Shown here piece by piece: positions 37,401-46,926 of a DNA stretch of 64,000 nucleotides. The DNA is taken from IMG/VR virus record IMGVR_UViG_3300031963_000004, positions 1 through 64,000 of that record; one strand, given 5' to 3'. A model generated the notes under the pieces. That model did no database searches and was not told where the DNA came from. It saw only the letters and a program-made list of their open reading frames with translations. The first letter of the stretch is position 1; each line of letters opens with the position of its first letter. Made by a program: the position numbers and the translations under genes.

Positions 37401-38134
37401 GGTTCATATGGTCTTTCAGGGTTTGTTGGTGTTACAACTTCATTACCATCTTTATCTTTCGTAAGAAGATACGTTAGGCCGCTACCTGCCAATGCACTTG
37501 CAGCCATAGCCTTTCCTATGTTGCCTGGAGAAGTTTTAATACTTCCAGACTTACTTGCTGCTGGTTCACCTTTTTCTGCCGCCGCCGCCATTTTTTCCGC
37601 TGCTCCGGCTTCTTTCTCTGCTGCTTTGATATAATCAGCAGCCAATGATGAAGTTTTAGGATCAAATGTAGTTGGTACTTCTTTACCTGTAGCAGTACTT
37701 TTAGGTGTTACAACATTCTTAGGTCTGAAATCTGGCCTAGGAGCAGCTGCCGGCTTACCTTTAGAAGCAGAACCTTGCATGCCAGTAAATGTAGTCGGCA
37801 CATCTTTACCTGTAACAGTACTCTTGGGTACAGCTTTTCCATCCTTAGGCTCAAATTTTGGTCTAGCATCAGCAGGATAAGGTTTCGATGGTCTTTCTGC
37901 ATTAGGCTTGACATCAGATGGATATTTTAGTGGTGCGTTATATTTTACATCTTTGGGTTGAGGAGCTTTGTTTTGAGCATATGGACCTTGAGACATTTTT
38001 TCTTGTCTACCAGCGAATCTTTGAGTAGCTGTTCCACCTTTTTCTCCGGCGCCGGCAACTCTAGTAGCACCTTTTTCTATTCTGGTGGCTGCATCAGTAA
38101 CTGCCTCATATATGTTTATGTCTTTGATTTTCAT
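34487..38134 (-). CDS. Large low-complexity putative head-internal/scaffold-like protein (1215 aa)
   Basis: MKIKDINIYE leader; K/E/P/A-rich; many (V/L/I/M)xE-(G/A/S/N) sites; ends EWKKLSGIK. Confidence 0.6.
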   Translation of the reverse strand: MKIKDINIYEAVTDAATRIEKGATRVAGAGEKGGTATQRFAGRQEKMSQGPYAQNKAPQPKDVKYNAPLKYPSDVKPNAERPSKPYPADARPKFEPKDGKAVPKSTVTGKDVPTTFTGMQGSASKGKPAAAPRPDFRPKNVVTPKSTATGKEVPTTFDPKTSSLAADYIKAAEKEAGAAEKMAAAAEKGEPAASKSGSIKTSPGNIGKAMAASALAGSGLTYLLTKDKDGNEVVTPTNPERPYEPWEQNFPASDVPNTTNVVPNTTNVVPNTTNVIPDTDYRPSHLGPGEKPAYDTEQTRDDNVFPVRDHPTFKRDSAPAPIQNKVDPYANVDWEATAARERLKGSPGLQSALKAAQGPGPGYSSEPVDKAELSKWYQRDGTGDNDKTLGNELPPIENRSRYAEPEPKAEPKAGPDLTDKKYQRGVVGTRSEDEIEWDTKHPYRGGQYPGPGWQEKEREQGEKNWENLKALGSKLNPLNWFKEDLEQLNRIKSLASTTPKKEISESHVNQTDMRQMLELMYEASKMADLKGKKHTGKYGKAYDTDEEGEEKEVKSRGGQESDATKDAKKWQGASDAGSKVIKGQPGKSAKGKVHTISDKKPKSAPADEEAWLRKEEEREKAAKAAAKKKKLKDWIDSTEEMIAERAKNKYAIGMAAAKKQAGYGSKPATDLPKKVIKKGHEIAKKVDEEKYTVNSREVSKGEYDAHMKAAGKKPSPDNVKEALKGGQKNLDVAEPKGKLDSKDFAALRNKKKVKEGINFSQMMRETQMSIEEMLMELQSHIEEYKTTGHMSEALRDALDLHKYSKKDKIMGESPMMPQPVVEEPVAEGPFAWAAKQAKDEGRDVFKFGGETHPVTVKEASKMKEGSIKGGDKPGELTGTWSSDPPKKGQKDVPMPVPMDPVYPNAIDINKPNKSDKKPMKENVDMDRQFESWANDLDSLLNENISINTNTSSDGNDSVTVTATEGDAGELIALLKNAGMGGIFGGGEQSQSSPYGAPMTSDSSDNGGIEMVSVDGPEVIDGGDSVLELIKKMAGLSAAPQQSSGEDYADEVPVDNAGDTMHKPEGEEDEGEEEDQIEKGSDEEDHRKEKEVDEAYGQADEGNEFTEKLSQTPPGEEFEIDGKKYKDTSSLEEGDEPMCNECGMNESSCGCDHVEESFENEPNEATQDIEFMTNFITGGLNRQKRDQTTLPHTSVKVTESKSKDVLYEWKKLSGIK
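37310..37372. repeat. 3 x 21-bp in-frame tandem repeat (VPNTTNV)
   Basis: aacattagttgtattagg(a/g)ac x3. Confidence 0.9.
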
Positions 38135-38140
38135 TTTTTA

Positions 38141-38908
38141 TTACCTATAATTAATTAGATATTTAAGGCGTTCTTCAAACACACGATAATCTTCTGCTCC
38201 ATAATATGGATCGGTTGGATCATATTTTTTCACACCTTTTTCTACTGCCTTTGTTGCTGCAATACCACCTGTTAAGTCCGTCGCTACTTTAGCAGGTATC
38301 GTTACTGCTTTCTTCCCGATATTTTTAGCTGTTTGCCCTGCTACAGGAGTAAAAGCTTTTTTAACTGTTCCGGGCAGTACCTTTCCGGCTGCATATCGTG
38401 CTACTTTTGCACCGCCTAAAAATGCAGGGTTTACTAATAAACCACCGACATCACCTACGGTTGATGCAACTGGATACTTATCTCGTAATTCAGCAGATTT
38501 TGCATATTGTTTTTCTTTTTCTTGCTCATATCTTTTAGTCCAGTCATCGGAACCACTGAGTGGTTTATCAAATGCACTTCCTGCTGTCTTTACTGCCGCT
38601 AATGCTTTATCACCATATCCAAACGTTGCAGTATTTAATGCGCCTCTTGCACCTGCTTGCGCTATTTCACCTGCTGTACTTAAAGCCTTACTTGGATCTT
38701 TCTTTGCTGCTTCCCAACCTCTGCCCATCTGAGCAGCAATTTGATCACGTTTGTCTATGATGTCACCTGTAGCCGTAGCAGCTTTTTTACCTAAATCGTA
38801 TATTGCTTTAGGTGCGTGAGCTACTTCTTTTCCCACTTCGGCGCCAAATTCTCTGGTAGCATCCCACCATGATTTTTCAGCCTCAGTTATGATTTCAGTT
38901 ATTTTCAT
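38141..38908 (-). CDS. Putative ejected/internal virion protein (255 aa)
   Basis: MKITEIITEAE leader; Ala/Gly/Lys-rich amphipathic segments such as RGALNTATFGYGD. Confidence 0.55.
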   Translation of the reverse strand: MKITEIITEAEKSWWDATREFGAEVGKEVAHAPKAIYDLGKKAATATGDIIDKRDQIAAQMGRGWEAAKKDPSKALSTAGEIAQAGARGALNTATFGYGDKALAAVKTAGSAFDKPLSGSDDWTKRYEQEKEKQYAKSAELRDKYPVASTVGDVGGLLVNPAFLGGAKVARYAAGKVLPGTVKKAFTPVAGQTAKNIGKKAVTIPAKVATDLTGGIAATKAVEKGVKKYDPTDPYYGAEDYRVFEERLKYLINYR

Positions 38909-39174
38909 TTTTTTATATCATCCCCTGGTCTTGGTTTGAAGAAAGGACCAGCAGCACGATTATCGCCTGCTTTATAGGCTTTTAACTGACGCTGATATGT
39001 TGCTTCATCGTCGGCTTTCTTACTAGGTAATCCAAGTGCTGCTCTTTGTTTCTCCTCAGCATTTGCCATTTCATCATCAGTAGGTTCAGGTCCTGTAAGT
39101 TGAACTCCAGGTTGTCCAGCTACAACTCTTTCAGAGAGAATGTCTAAGTATTTTCTAAAAAATGTGGCGTCCAT
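38905..39174 (-). CDS. Hypothetical protein (89 aa)
   Basis: FRKYLDILSE leader-like start; ATGA overlap. Confidence 0.65.
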   Translation of the reverse strand: MDATFFRKYLDILSERVVAGQPGVQLTGPEPTDDEMANAEEKQRAALGLPSKKADDEATYQRQLKAYKAGDNRAAGPFFKPRPGDDIKK

Positions 39175-39186
39175 TATAATTCTCTT

Positions 39187-39402
39187 TTACTTTTTAATCG
39201 TATCTAATTTTTCTTCGATTCTATCTAACTGAGCTTGTAGCACTGTCAACTTTTCATTGGTAGCCTGTGCTTTAATATTGCTAATTTCTATTTTCTTATC
39301 CAGTTCACCTACAGTAGAGGTTATAGTTAAATAACCACCGCCCCCTAAACTGCAAGCACCTACTACTATCCAAGATAATTGACCCGTGCTAAAATCTAAC
39401 AT
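39187..39402 (-). CDS. Small membrane-anchored coiled-coil protein (71 aa)
   Basis: N-terminal hydrophobic segment, C-terminal heptads (LTVLQAQLDRIEEKLD). Confidence 0.65.
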   Translation of the reverse strand: MLDFSTGQLSWIVVGACSLGGGGYLTITSTVGELDKKIEISNIKAQATNEKLTVLQAQLDRIEEKLDTIKK

Positions 39403-39998
39403 TACTTACTTGCTCCTGTACTTGGCTTTGGAGGACGATTGATTTTAGTCATAGGACTCTTAGTTTGTATGCCCTCTTTGGAATTGTTTTTGATCGTTGG
39501 GGTTTTCTTACCGTCATATGGAATATCTATACTTGGCTTTTTAGGAATCACTTTGTCTAGATATTGATTTGCATAATCCTTACTTGCTTGTTTTGATGTT
39601 GGATTATCTTCCATATTAGGTTCGGTGAGCAAAGTATCAGGTTGATTTGCATAACCTTCTGCTTCACTGTTTAAACCATCTTCGTGATCTTGAGTGAATA
39701 CTCTTACTGCATTGATATTTTTACCTAGTAACTGAGCAATTTGTTGAATCATTGGTTCTGTTGCTGGGTATTTGAATTCTGCTTTGATGATATTGACACT
39801 AGAATTTTGATGATCAGGGAACCCATATGGGTCTTTTTGAATTGGGGTAGACTTAGCATCACTTACAGATACTGGATCGAACTTGTTCAAGTTGTACTTA
39901 AACATGTCCATAAATTTACTGTCGATATCTCCAGCTATCTTTATCGTATAGCGATAAGTTCTTACACTTTCTGTCAAATATTGGCGAAGGCTTTTCAT
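39402..39998 (-). CDS. Hypothetical protein (198 aa) with MKSLRQYLTE leader
   Basis: Late motif GATAAATA at 40018-40025 and AGGA RBS. Confidence 0.75.
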   Translation of the reverse strand: MKSLRQYLTESVRTYRYTIKIAGDIDSKFMDMFKYNLNKFDPVSVSDAKSTPIQKDPYGFPDHQNSSVNIIKAEFKYPATEPMIQQIAQLLGKNINAVRVFTQDHEDGLNSEAEGYANQPDTLLTEPNMEDNPTSKQASKDYANQYLDKVIPKKPSIDIPYDGKKTPTIKNNSKEGIQTKSPMTKINRPPKPSTGASK

Positions 39999-40016
39999 GG
40001 TATAATTCCTATAGTA

Positions 40017-40505
40017 TTATTTATCTTTATCTTGTTTATTTGCTAGCAAAGACTTTAGCAGTTCATTACGGTCTAATACTTGTCCTGACCCTATAGGGGT
40101 TGAAGTTATCTCTTTTGTCCTATCAGCTTCTTTTTGGTCTAATGCCGCTTTCTTTAACTGTAAATCAATCATTTTTAGCTTCTTATTAATTTTAGCTGTT
40201 TTAGCTGTAATTGCATGACCTAACATTGTCCCTGCTGTACCAAAGATTTCAGCGGCAAATCGACTATCGACTTGCATTCCTAGATCCATTAAATCCTTGT
40301 AGCTTTCTGTAGCTAAGCTAGCTAGACTGTCCATTTCAATATCACTGGCTTCTAGACCACGGACTTGTGGTAATGCATTTTCAATTTTTTCTAGATTTGA
40401 ATAAGCTAACGCGGTTACGTCTTCTTGAATTATAGGTTCGGTGAGGGTTTCTTCTTGAACCTCATCTTCAGGTAGATTGAATAATTCTGAAAGTTTCTTT
40501 GTCAT
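40017..40505 (-). CDS. Hypothetical helical/coiled-coil protein (162 aa)
   Basis: AAGGAG RBS and late motif; adjacent to head-completion gene. Confidence 0.7.
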   Translation of the reverse strand: MTKKLSELFNLPEDEVQEETLTEPIIQEDVTALAYSNLEKIENALPQVRGLEASDIEMDSLASLATESYKDLMDLGMQVDSRFAAEIFGTAGTMLGHAITAKTAKINKKLKMIDLQLKKAALDQKEADRTKEITSTPIGSGQVLDRNELLKSLLANKQDKDK

Positions 40506-40528
40506 ACTGCTCCTTACTGTAGCAGTAT

Positions 40529-40969
40529 TTATTTGGATTTTTTACCGTTATAAAACAAATCTGATTCCGTCACCACACGAAACTTAAGTCCCTGACCCTT
40601 ACAGTAAGCATTTGCTGCCAACCATTTTGCTTGATTGATTATAACAGCCATTTTATCTCTAGCACTAGTAACTTTGCTTTCAATAATGCTTTGTTTTTTG
40701 GGTTTAATTTCAACTATCTCAGCATTAACTCTGCCATACTTGTCCTCGTACATGATAAAGAAATCAGGTACATAGATAGTTTGCTTGCCTGTGAGTGGGT
40801 GACGATAGGGTATTCTAATTGATTCGCTAGCCCATTTGATTACGCTAGGATTATTGTCACAAAATGCCATAAAAGTAAACTCCCATCCTGATCTGTATTT
40901 AGGCTTATGATTGCCTACATACTTGTCTGGATTTTTTACTTCATAGATACCCTGTGCATAGTTTGCCAT
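40529..40969 (-). CDS. Head completion nuclease (T4 gp4-like, TnsA-type PD-(D/E)XK)
   Basis: YRSGWE..CDNNPSVIKWASE..YVPDF..EIKPKKQ..NQAKW.AA..FRVVTE. Confidence 0.85.
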   Translation of the reverse strand: MANYAQGIYEVKNPDKYVGNHKPKYRSGWEFTFMAFCDNNPSVIKWASESIRIPYRHPLTGKQTIYVPDFFIMYEDKYGRVNAEIVEIKPKKQSIIESKVTSARDKMAVIINQAKWLAANAYCKGQGLKFRVVTESDLFYNGKKSK

Positions 40970-41331
40970 TATATCACTATGTTTCTTTGAACACTGAAGT
41001 TAGGTTCAGGAACCACACTAACTCCGTATAATGTTGTCTTTGATTTTAAACTATTTAAATAATATGCCATTGAAGCATTTACTTGTAGTTTAGACTTGCC
41101 CTTCATATCATCTAGTAACTGTAACACAGATAATCCAGTGATACTTGATATTCTAAACAACATAATAGTAAAGTTACTTGACACATTTTCACTACCAGTC
41201 ATGTCAAGGAAAAAACTTTTAACGATTTCGTATTCGTTTGCACCAACACTTATTTGACTTTGATAATCTTTATCAAAAGTCTTTGTGATGGTATCTAATT
41301 GAGATTTTGGGGCGTCTACTGTGTTAGCCAT
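40969..41331 (-). CDS. Hypothetical protein (120 aa)
   Basis: Coupled ORF within tail operon. Confidence 0.7.
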   Translation of the reverse strand: MANTVDAPKSQLDTITKTFDKDYQSQISVGANEYEIVKSFFLDMTGSENVSSNFTIMLFRISSITGLSVLQLLDDMKGKSKLQVNASMAYYLNSLKSKTTLYGVSVVPEPNFSVQRNIVI

Positions 41332-41333
41332 GT

Positions 41334-42467
41334 TTATTTGCTACTACCAAAAACTGGGAAATTAAATGTATTGCTACGATTCGGTGTCCCACGCACTGAA
41401 TCATTAACAACACCTCTAATATCATTGTTGATTATTGATCCAATACCACCATTACCTATGATTGTTTGATAAGACATGCCACCTTTTTGAATAGCACCTA
41501 AGATATTACCATTCTTTAGGTCTGATAATATTCCACCTGCTCCATCTGCTAATCCACCTTGACCAATAATTGTTCCATTAGCACCAGGACGCATAATAGG
41601 ACTTGGTGTCTTATCATAATGATCTATTGCAAAATCACTTGCAGGATTATTTTGTGGATCACCATTTGTAATTGCTCTACCATCAATAGCACCTTGATAA
41701 TACTTTACTGTTTCATAGGCAACGCCCATGCTAGCTTCCATAGTACCATTTGTCTGTGCATAATCATAGGTATCATGTTTAAAACTAGTTAACGTTGGAT
41801 TAATTAGTTGGTATAAAACATAATTGTGTTGATTAAACCCATAGATTTTAATTGATCTAAAGAAAGGAGCTTTACTATAACCTAAACTAGCAGCTAGGTT
41901 ATTTTGTTGCTCTAAACTGCTTTCGCCAATGTAGCCCCAATCATAATCGTAACCTAAGGCTTGATCATAAACATTGCGTCTATTATAATCAAAGGCTTTA
42001 CCTTCACCTGTACTACCATAATCAACTGTTGTTTTAGTCGCATCTTTGTAGTAATAGGTGTAATAGTTATACCATAGTTGCCTAATTAAATTAGCATTAT
42101 CATCGTGAAATGTGATGTTTATATCATCATATTGAATTTTAGTCTGAACAATACGTTTGCGATTGTATTGATTCATTTTATGAACATCAAAACTATAGCT
42201 AGGTAATGTGATATTTTTTACTGCCAATCCAATACGTGAATCAGTTGGGAAGGCACCAGTACCGTTACCTATTAATGATAGATTTATATCAAAATAAACA
42301 TGGAAAAGAAATTTATATTTAGGTGCATAAGCATAGCTATCTGACCTAAATGTTTTACTTGCATGTTGATAATCTCTAAGGTAATCGTTACCAAAGAAAC
42401 CTTTGGCAACACCTTTAAGAAAATTGCCGGGTGAATCACCCAGCAAATTTTGAATAAATCCAGACAT
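41334..42467 (-). CDS. Tail-tube-fold baseplate protein (gp48/gp54-like)
   Basis: AVKNITLPSYSF..NQYNRKRIVQTKIQYDDINITFHDD parallels tube-protein motifs; follows tube gene. Confidence 0.65.
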   Translation of the reverse strand: MSGFIQNLLGDSPGNFLKGVAKGFFGNDYLRDYQHASKTFRSDSYAYAPKYKFLFHVYFDINLSLIGNGTGAFPTDSRIGLAVKNITLPSYSFDVHKMNQYNRKRIVQTKIQYDDINITFHDDNANLIRQLWYNYYTYYYKDATKTTVDYGSTGEGKAFDYNRRNVYDQALGYDYDWGYIGESSLEQQNNLAASLGYSKAPFFRSIKIYGFNQHNYVLYQLINPTLTSFKHDTYDYAQTNGTMEASMGVAYETVKYYQGAIDGRAITNGDPQNNPASDFAIDHYDKTPSPIMRPGANGTIIGQGGLADGAGGILSDLKNGNILGAIQKGGMSYQTIIGNGGIGSIINNDIRGVVNDSVRGTPNRSNTFNFPVFGSSK

Positions 42468-42471
42468 CTAA

Positions 42472-43101
42472 TTAGCGACCGATACCTGTTACAGTAGTAC
42501 CACCGAATGCACGACCAACTTGTACACCAAGACCAGATGAAAGTGGGCTTTGAACTGCGTTATCAAAACGAATTGATAACTGTATTGTAGCCATTTCACT
42601 TGTTCCATAGTTTAAGTTGTTGTAGTTGACCGTTTGTAAGAAACATCCATATAATTCCCATGTTTCTAACACGTTAGGTAACAATGTGCCGTTACCACCA
42701 TCAAGTACTTCATAGTTAACTTGGAACTTATAATCTTGCCCTGTAGCTGCGCTAGCTTGCTCAACAAAGTCCATTTGCTTTTGTAATTGTTGACCAACAA
42801 GTTTAGCTACACTTCCTGATGCATCATCACGTAAGTTAATATTAGTTGCCTGCCATTCATGCTTACCTGCAATGTACATTTTAGAGTTATAGATATCAAT
42901 CGGTATTTCAGTGAATGAAACACTTGGACGAGTAATATCCATAACCTGTTTAGTTAATTCTTGTGTTGAACCACCAACACCGAAGTTAATAAACAATGCT
43001 CTAAAACGATATTGTAGCTTGGGCATCAACAGACCTTGTGAGCTAGGAGTATTGTCTGCTCCTACGGTCATGTTAAACAATGATTGTGATGCTGTTGCCA
43101 T
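42472..43101 (-). CDS. Tail tube protein (T4 gp19-like)
   Basis: PKLQYRFR, ITRPSVSF, AGKHEWQ..INLRDD, WELYGCF, LSIRFDNA; immediately downstream of sheath. Confidence 0.85.
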   Translation of the reverse strand: MATASQSLFNMTVGADNTPSSQGLLMPKLQYRFRALFINFGVGGSTQELTKQVMDITRPSVSFTEIPIDIYNSKMYIAGKHEWQATNINLRDDASGSVAKLVGQQLQKQMDFVEQASAATGQDYKFQVNYEVLDGGNGTLLPNVLETWELYGCFLQTVNYNNLNYGTSEMATIQLSIRFDNAVQSPLSSGLGVQVGRAFGGTTVTGIGR

Positions 43102-43121
43102 TTTCTATATCTCCTTAATTG

Positions 43122-43129
43122 TATTTATC
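43122..43129 (-). promoter_or_regulatory. T4-late-like promoter for tail tube
   Basis: GATAAATA then AAGGAG RBS. Confidence 0.65.
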
Positions 43130-43153
43130 TTCCTAAATTGCCCAAACTTTGGA

Positions 43154-46100
43154 TTAAGTAATCTTACCGCCTAGAGCTTGTATTTCACCAGTATTCATAA
43201 TACGTACAGGTATGTATATGAATTCTGCTGCCTTAACTGGTTCAATCGCAATGTCTATCCATAGTTCATTTCTATCTATACGTGCTGGTGTGTTATTTGT
43301 GTTATCGCAAACAACCAAGTAATCGTATAGACCACGCTTAGCTACTAGGTCAACAAACAATGTTTGTACTACGCTAGTAATTTGAGTACGTGTTAGTGCA
43401 TCGTTAGGTTCAAATATGAACGGACGAGCAACAACTTGTAGACGCTCACGAATGTAAGCAACTAAACGTGCTACGTTTGTGCGATCCATCGCACTCATTG
43501 TATCCTTACTGTTCTTGTTACCGTAATTCAATAGTCCAATTCCAGTAAAGAACGCTAATGGATTGATTTGATTTGTGTATAACACATCTCTGATTCCAAC
43601 ACGATTCTTAACTACTTGGAACTCACCTGTCTTAGCATCTAAGTAACCAATGTTAGTAGCGTTATCAATAGTACCTCTACGTGTACCCGCTGCTGCTAAC
43701 CAAGGATAAGCGATTGTGTCATTACGTAAGAATGTACGTAACATCATGTGAGTTGCAGGAACAACTACTGCTGCACCTGTTAGGTCAGTTGCAATTCCAC
43801 TTGGATAGAATATACCCATATACTCATCACGTGTTACTAAACCATCTTCGCCTGTACCTGTTGCCAATGCTGCGTTATTAGCCCAAGCAACAATATCAGT
43901 AGCCGAATCTTTCAATCTCAATGGAGTATCGCCTAAGATATACGCTGTATTATTACGCTCGTTGTTTAATGCTACCATTTCAGGCTGTAACTCAGGATAT
44001 CCTGGTGCCGCTAAGAGATTCATAAATGTATCTTCTTCACGTATCGCCATGCTAGTCATTACAGCTGCCTTCATAGCTTCTACAATCATGTTACGCTGTG
44101 CCTTACGACCCATGTATGCATGACCATTTGGCTTTAATCCGCTTACTGTTACCCATGCATCTTTAATGATTGGTAACACTGCGTCTGGATATTTTTTAGC
44201 TGTAAACCAATTTGTTCTATACTGTTTTACATTATAACCACTACGTCTTGTATTAAACAGTATCATACCTTGTGGGTATAATTCAGGATTAGGACAATCT
44301 AAATCTGTATATCCGCTTAACAATAGTGATTGGGTTGTTGGTAATGGATCCATAGCAGGATCAATATCACCAGTACTACCCCAACGTGCGTCGGCGAATA
44401 ATATACCATCACCTGATGTTTGATCTGTGTTGTCAATCTTTACCCACTGATCAACATTATCAACTTTCTGCCAACGATACAATGCTGGATAATTTTCTAG
44501 GTCTGCTGTGTCTAACCATAGATCACCATATACAACAGGACTTATTGCATCAGTTTGTGTCTTAGGAGGCTCAGCAGCGAATATAACACCATTTGGATCA
44601 GTGTTATTTGTACCAAATGAAGCTGGGTTACCATTTTCATCATACGCAGACATTCTATAACCCTTCCATGTGAAGTCCTTGTTGATTAAAATATCAACTT
44701 GGTCAACAACACTATGGAACCAGTTAGTGTTATTTAATGGAGCAGTTACTGGAGCACCTTCGTTAGCAACATAATTAATTCTTCTCCAATTTGTTGCACC
44801 TAAGAAGTAACCTAAGTTAGGCGCGCCGGAAACATATGCAATACCTATCTTACCACCGCTGTTTCTGATAGCACCTGAACCACCAACGTTTACTGTTACT
44901 CCATTTACGTCATAGTTAATGCCACCAGTGATAGTGCCTGGTTCTAGTTCAACAACTTGAACTGTTAAATCATGTAATGGACTTAGTCCACCTAATTGTG
45001 TGCCAGGAATCGTTAAGCGATCACCTACTTTATATTGTACTCCGCCGTTAACAACTTGGTTAATATAATATAACTTACCTGAAGCTAATATACTGAATGT
45101 CGCATCAGAACCATTAAACACACCTGAAATACGTGTACCACTAGTGTGAGTTGCACCGTTGTTCTGTACACTTGCAGGGAACGCTCTAATTAAACCTTCT
45201 GTAACACCAGGTATAAATCCTGCTGCTGTTAATACGGCTTGATTACTGTTATTACCAGGCACTGATAAAGCAATTTCGCCACCTAGGTCATACCTTAATT
45301 GAATCTGACCTGAGCTTGTGATTGTAGCACTAGTATTAGGAATGTTTGCGGCACTCCAAGCTGTTACAAAGTCTTGTACTGTGCTGCCGGCTATAGTTAC
45401 ATTGTATGGTCCAGAAATATTAGCACTGTTAGGTACGCTCGTCCATACAACTAATCTATCACCAACATTAAATGTTGGATTAGAAACTGCACCAGTTACA
45501 ATTGTTGGTCCTGTAGCTACTCTTTCGTAGAAGTACATAGGACTTCCAGGACTTTCTCTACCGGTTGCGTATTCCCCTATAACTGTTCCAGCTGGAATAG
45601 CTTTGCCACCACTTGGATCTAGTTGATATGTTGCCTCAACAATACTTGAATAAAGTCTTGTATTTTTGTTTACCCATGATTGTAGTGAGTTACTAAATTT
45701 ACTGATAGCAATATTCATACCGTTACCGGCTGAACTTGTTTTTACCCAAACACTTCCTGTTGGTCTTGGACGAACTTGACTCTTAGTCCAAGCAGGTTGT
45801 TCAAATGAATTACCGTGTACGAAACCAGGCTGATAATAATAGATGTTAGGATTGATACCTAAGTAATCTAATAGTGTTTCTCCTGCTGGCTTTTCTGCTG
45901 TAATGCTATCATCATAAACATCAGCAATAAATCTGATATAAGTTTCACCATATGGTGAGCTTAAGTATAAAGCAAGATATTTTTCTTGTTTTACGTCAGC
46001 ACGTAGATATCCTAACCCTAAAGCGTTAATATCATTTGCAATATCAAAAACTGTGTTACCTGTACATGTAACCTGAATAGTATATTCATTGTTATAATCA

Positions 46101-46873
46101 ATTAGGAATGTTGTTCCCTGAATTCTATTAACTTGTTCCTGTGTTAGATCACCAGTAACACCATCGAATACTTTAGGATTTCCTGTACCCACTACTGTAG
46201 GCATAGAATTTAACCATTCTCTTGAACCTAACTTAACCCAAAGATTTGAGCTTGTTTTGAAGAAATATTGACCATCGTTTAATGGATCTTCGTTTGTCTT
46301 GTATCTTGCATCAATAGCGTAGTCTCCGATGTTGCCAATAGCAGTTCTTGGGAAACCACTATCCATATAGTTGTCTAAAGTAATAACTATAGGCGCCTTT
46401 TCAGCAAATTTGCCTGTTGTTGCATTAAACTCGTAAATACCCCAGGTAGTTTTTGTTGTGTCTAACCACCATGTTCCGTCTGCTGGGAATCCGCTTGGGC
46501 GACCTACTTGACCTACTAAGCTTGCTAAGTCTATATCTGCTCTTAGAACCATGCAACGGTTTGTGATACCCATTAATGAGTAAGCAGCAAGTAAGCCGTA
46601 CTCATTAAGTTCGTAACCTTGAATAGGTGTTCCATTAGTTGTCTTATAGAAGAATGGACTACCGAATAGATTGATGAGGTCACGCTGGCTTGTGATTTGA
46701 TATAATTTGTTAGCGTTTGATTTTGTAGTTGCTTCTGCTACGCTTGTTCCTGTTGCGTCTGCTTTATCCTGTGCCGTCGCTAATATAACTAGCGGAACTG
46801 AATTTGAGGCTGCTGGTAGATATTGACTTTGGTCAATAACTGTAACTTGTACGCCTGGAGATACTAATGCCAT
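43154..46873 (-). CDS. Tail sheath protein (T4 gp18-like), enlarged to 1239 aa
   Basis: LVSPGVQVTVIDQS start; C-terminal YPWLAAAGTRRG, LYTNQINP, NVARLVAYI, FIFEPND, YDYLVVCD..NNT, IEPVKAAEFIYIP. Confidence 0.92.
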   Translation of the reverse strand: MALVSPGVQVTVIDQSQYLPAASNSVPLVILATAQDKADATGTSVAEATTKSNANKLYQITSQRDLINLFGSPFFYKTTNGTPIQGYELNEYGLLAAYSLMGITNRCMVLRADIDLASLVGQVGRPSGFPADGTWWLDTTKTTWGIYEFNATTGKFAEKAPIVITLDNYMDSGFPRTAIGNIGDYAIDARYKTNEDPLNDGQYFFKTSSNLWVKLGSREWLNSMPTVVGTGNPKVFDGVTGDLTQEQVNRIQGTTFLIDYNNEYTIQVTCTGNTVFDIANDINALGLGYLRADVKQEKYLALYLSSPYGETYIRFIADVYDDSITAEKPAGETLLDYLGINPNIYYYQPGFVHGNSFEQPAWTKSQVRPRPTGSVWVKTSSAGNGMNIAISKFSNSLQSWVNKNTRLYSSIVEATYQLDPSGGKAIPAGTVIGEYATGRESPGSPMYFYERVATGPTIVTGAVSNPTFNVGDRLVVWTSVPNSANISGPYNVTIAGSTVQDFVTAWSAANIPNTSATITSSGQIQLRYDLGGEIALSVPGNNSNQAVLTAAGFIPGVTEGLIRAFPASVQNNGATHTSGTRISGVFNGSDATFSILASGKLYYINQVVNGGVQYKVGDRLTIPGTQLGGLSPLHDLTVQVVELEPGTITGGINYDVNGVTVNVGGSGAIRNSGGKIGIAYVSGAPNLGYFLGATNWRRINYVANEGAPVTAPLNNTNWFHSVVDQVDILINKDFTWKGYRMSAYDENGNPASFGTNNTDPNGVIFAAEPPKTQTDAISPVVYGDLWLDTADLENYPALYRWQKVDNVDQWVKIDNTDQTSGDGILFADARWGSTGDIDPAMDPLPTTQSLLLSGYTDLDCPNPELYPQGMILFNTRRSGYNVKQYRTNWFTAKKYPDAVLPIIKDAWVTVSGLKPNGHAYMGRKAQRNMIVEAMKAAVMTSMAIREEDTFMNLLAAPGYPELQPEMVALNNERNNTAYILGDTPLRLKDSATDIVAWANNAALATGTGEDGLVTRDEYMGIFYPSGIATDLTGAAVVVPATHMMLRTFLRNDTIAYPWLAAAGTRRGTIDNATNIGYLDAKTGEFQVVKNRVGIRDVLYTNQINPLAFFTGIGLLNYGNKNSKDTMSAMDRTNVARLVAYIRERLQVVARPFIFEPNDALTRTQITSVVQTLFVDLVAKRGLYDYLVVCDNTNNTPARIDRNELWIDIAIEPVKAAEFIYIPVRIMNTGEIQALGGKIT

Positions 46874-46926
46874 TTTAATTTTCCTTTATGTTATGATTTT
46901 GAGGGTTAACTCCCTAGTAATAATAT

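Noticed and set aside
40017-40505. Possible small terminase subunit
   Set aside because: Size, helical character and location are compatible but I see no diagnostic motif; left as hypothetical.
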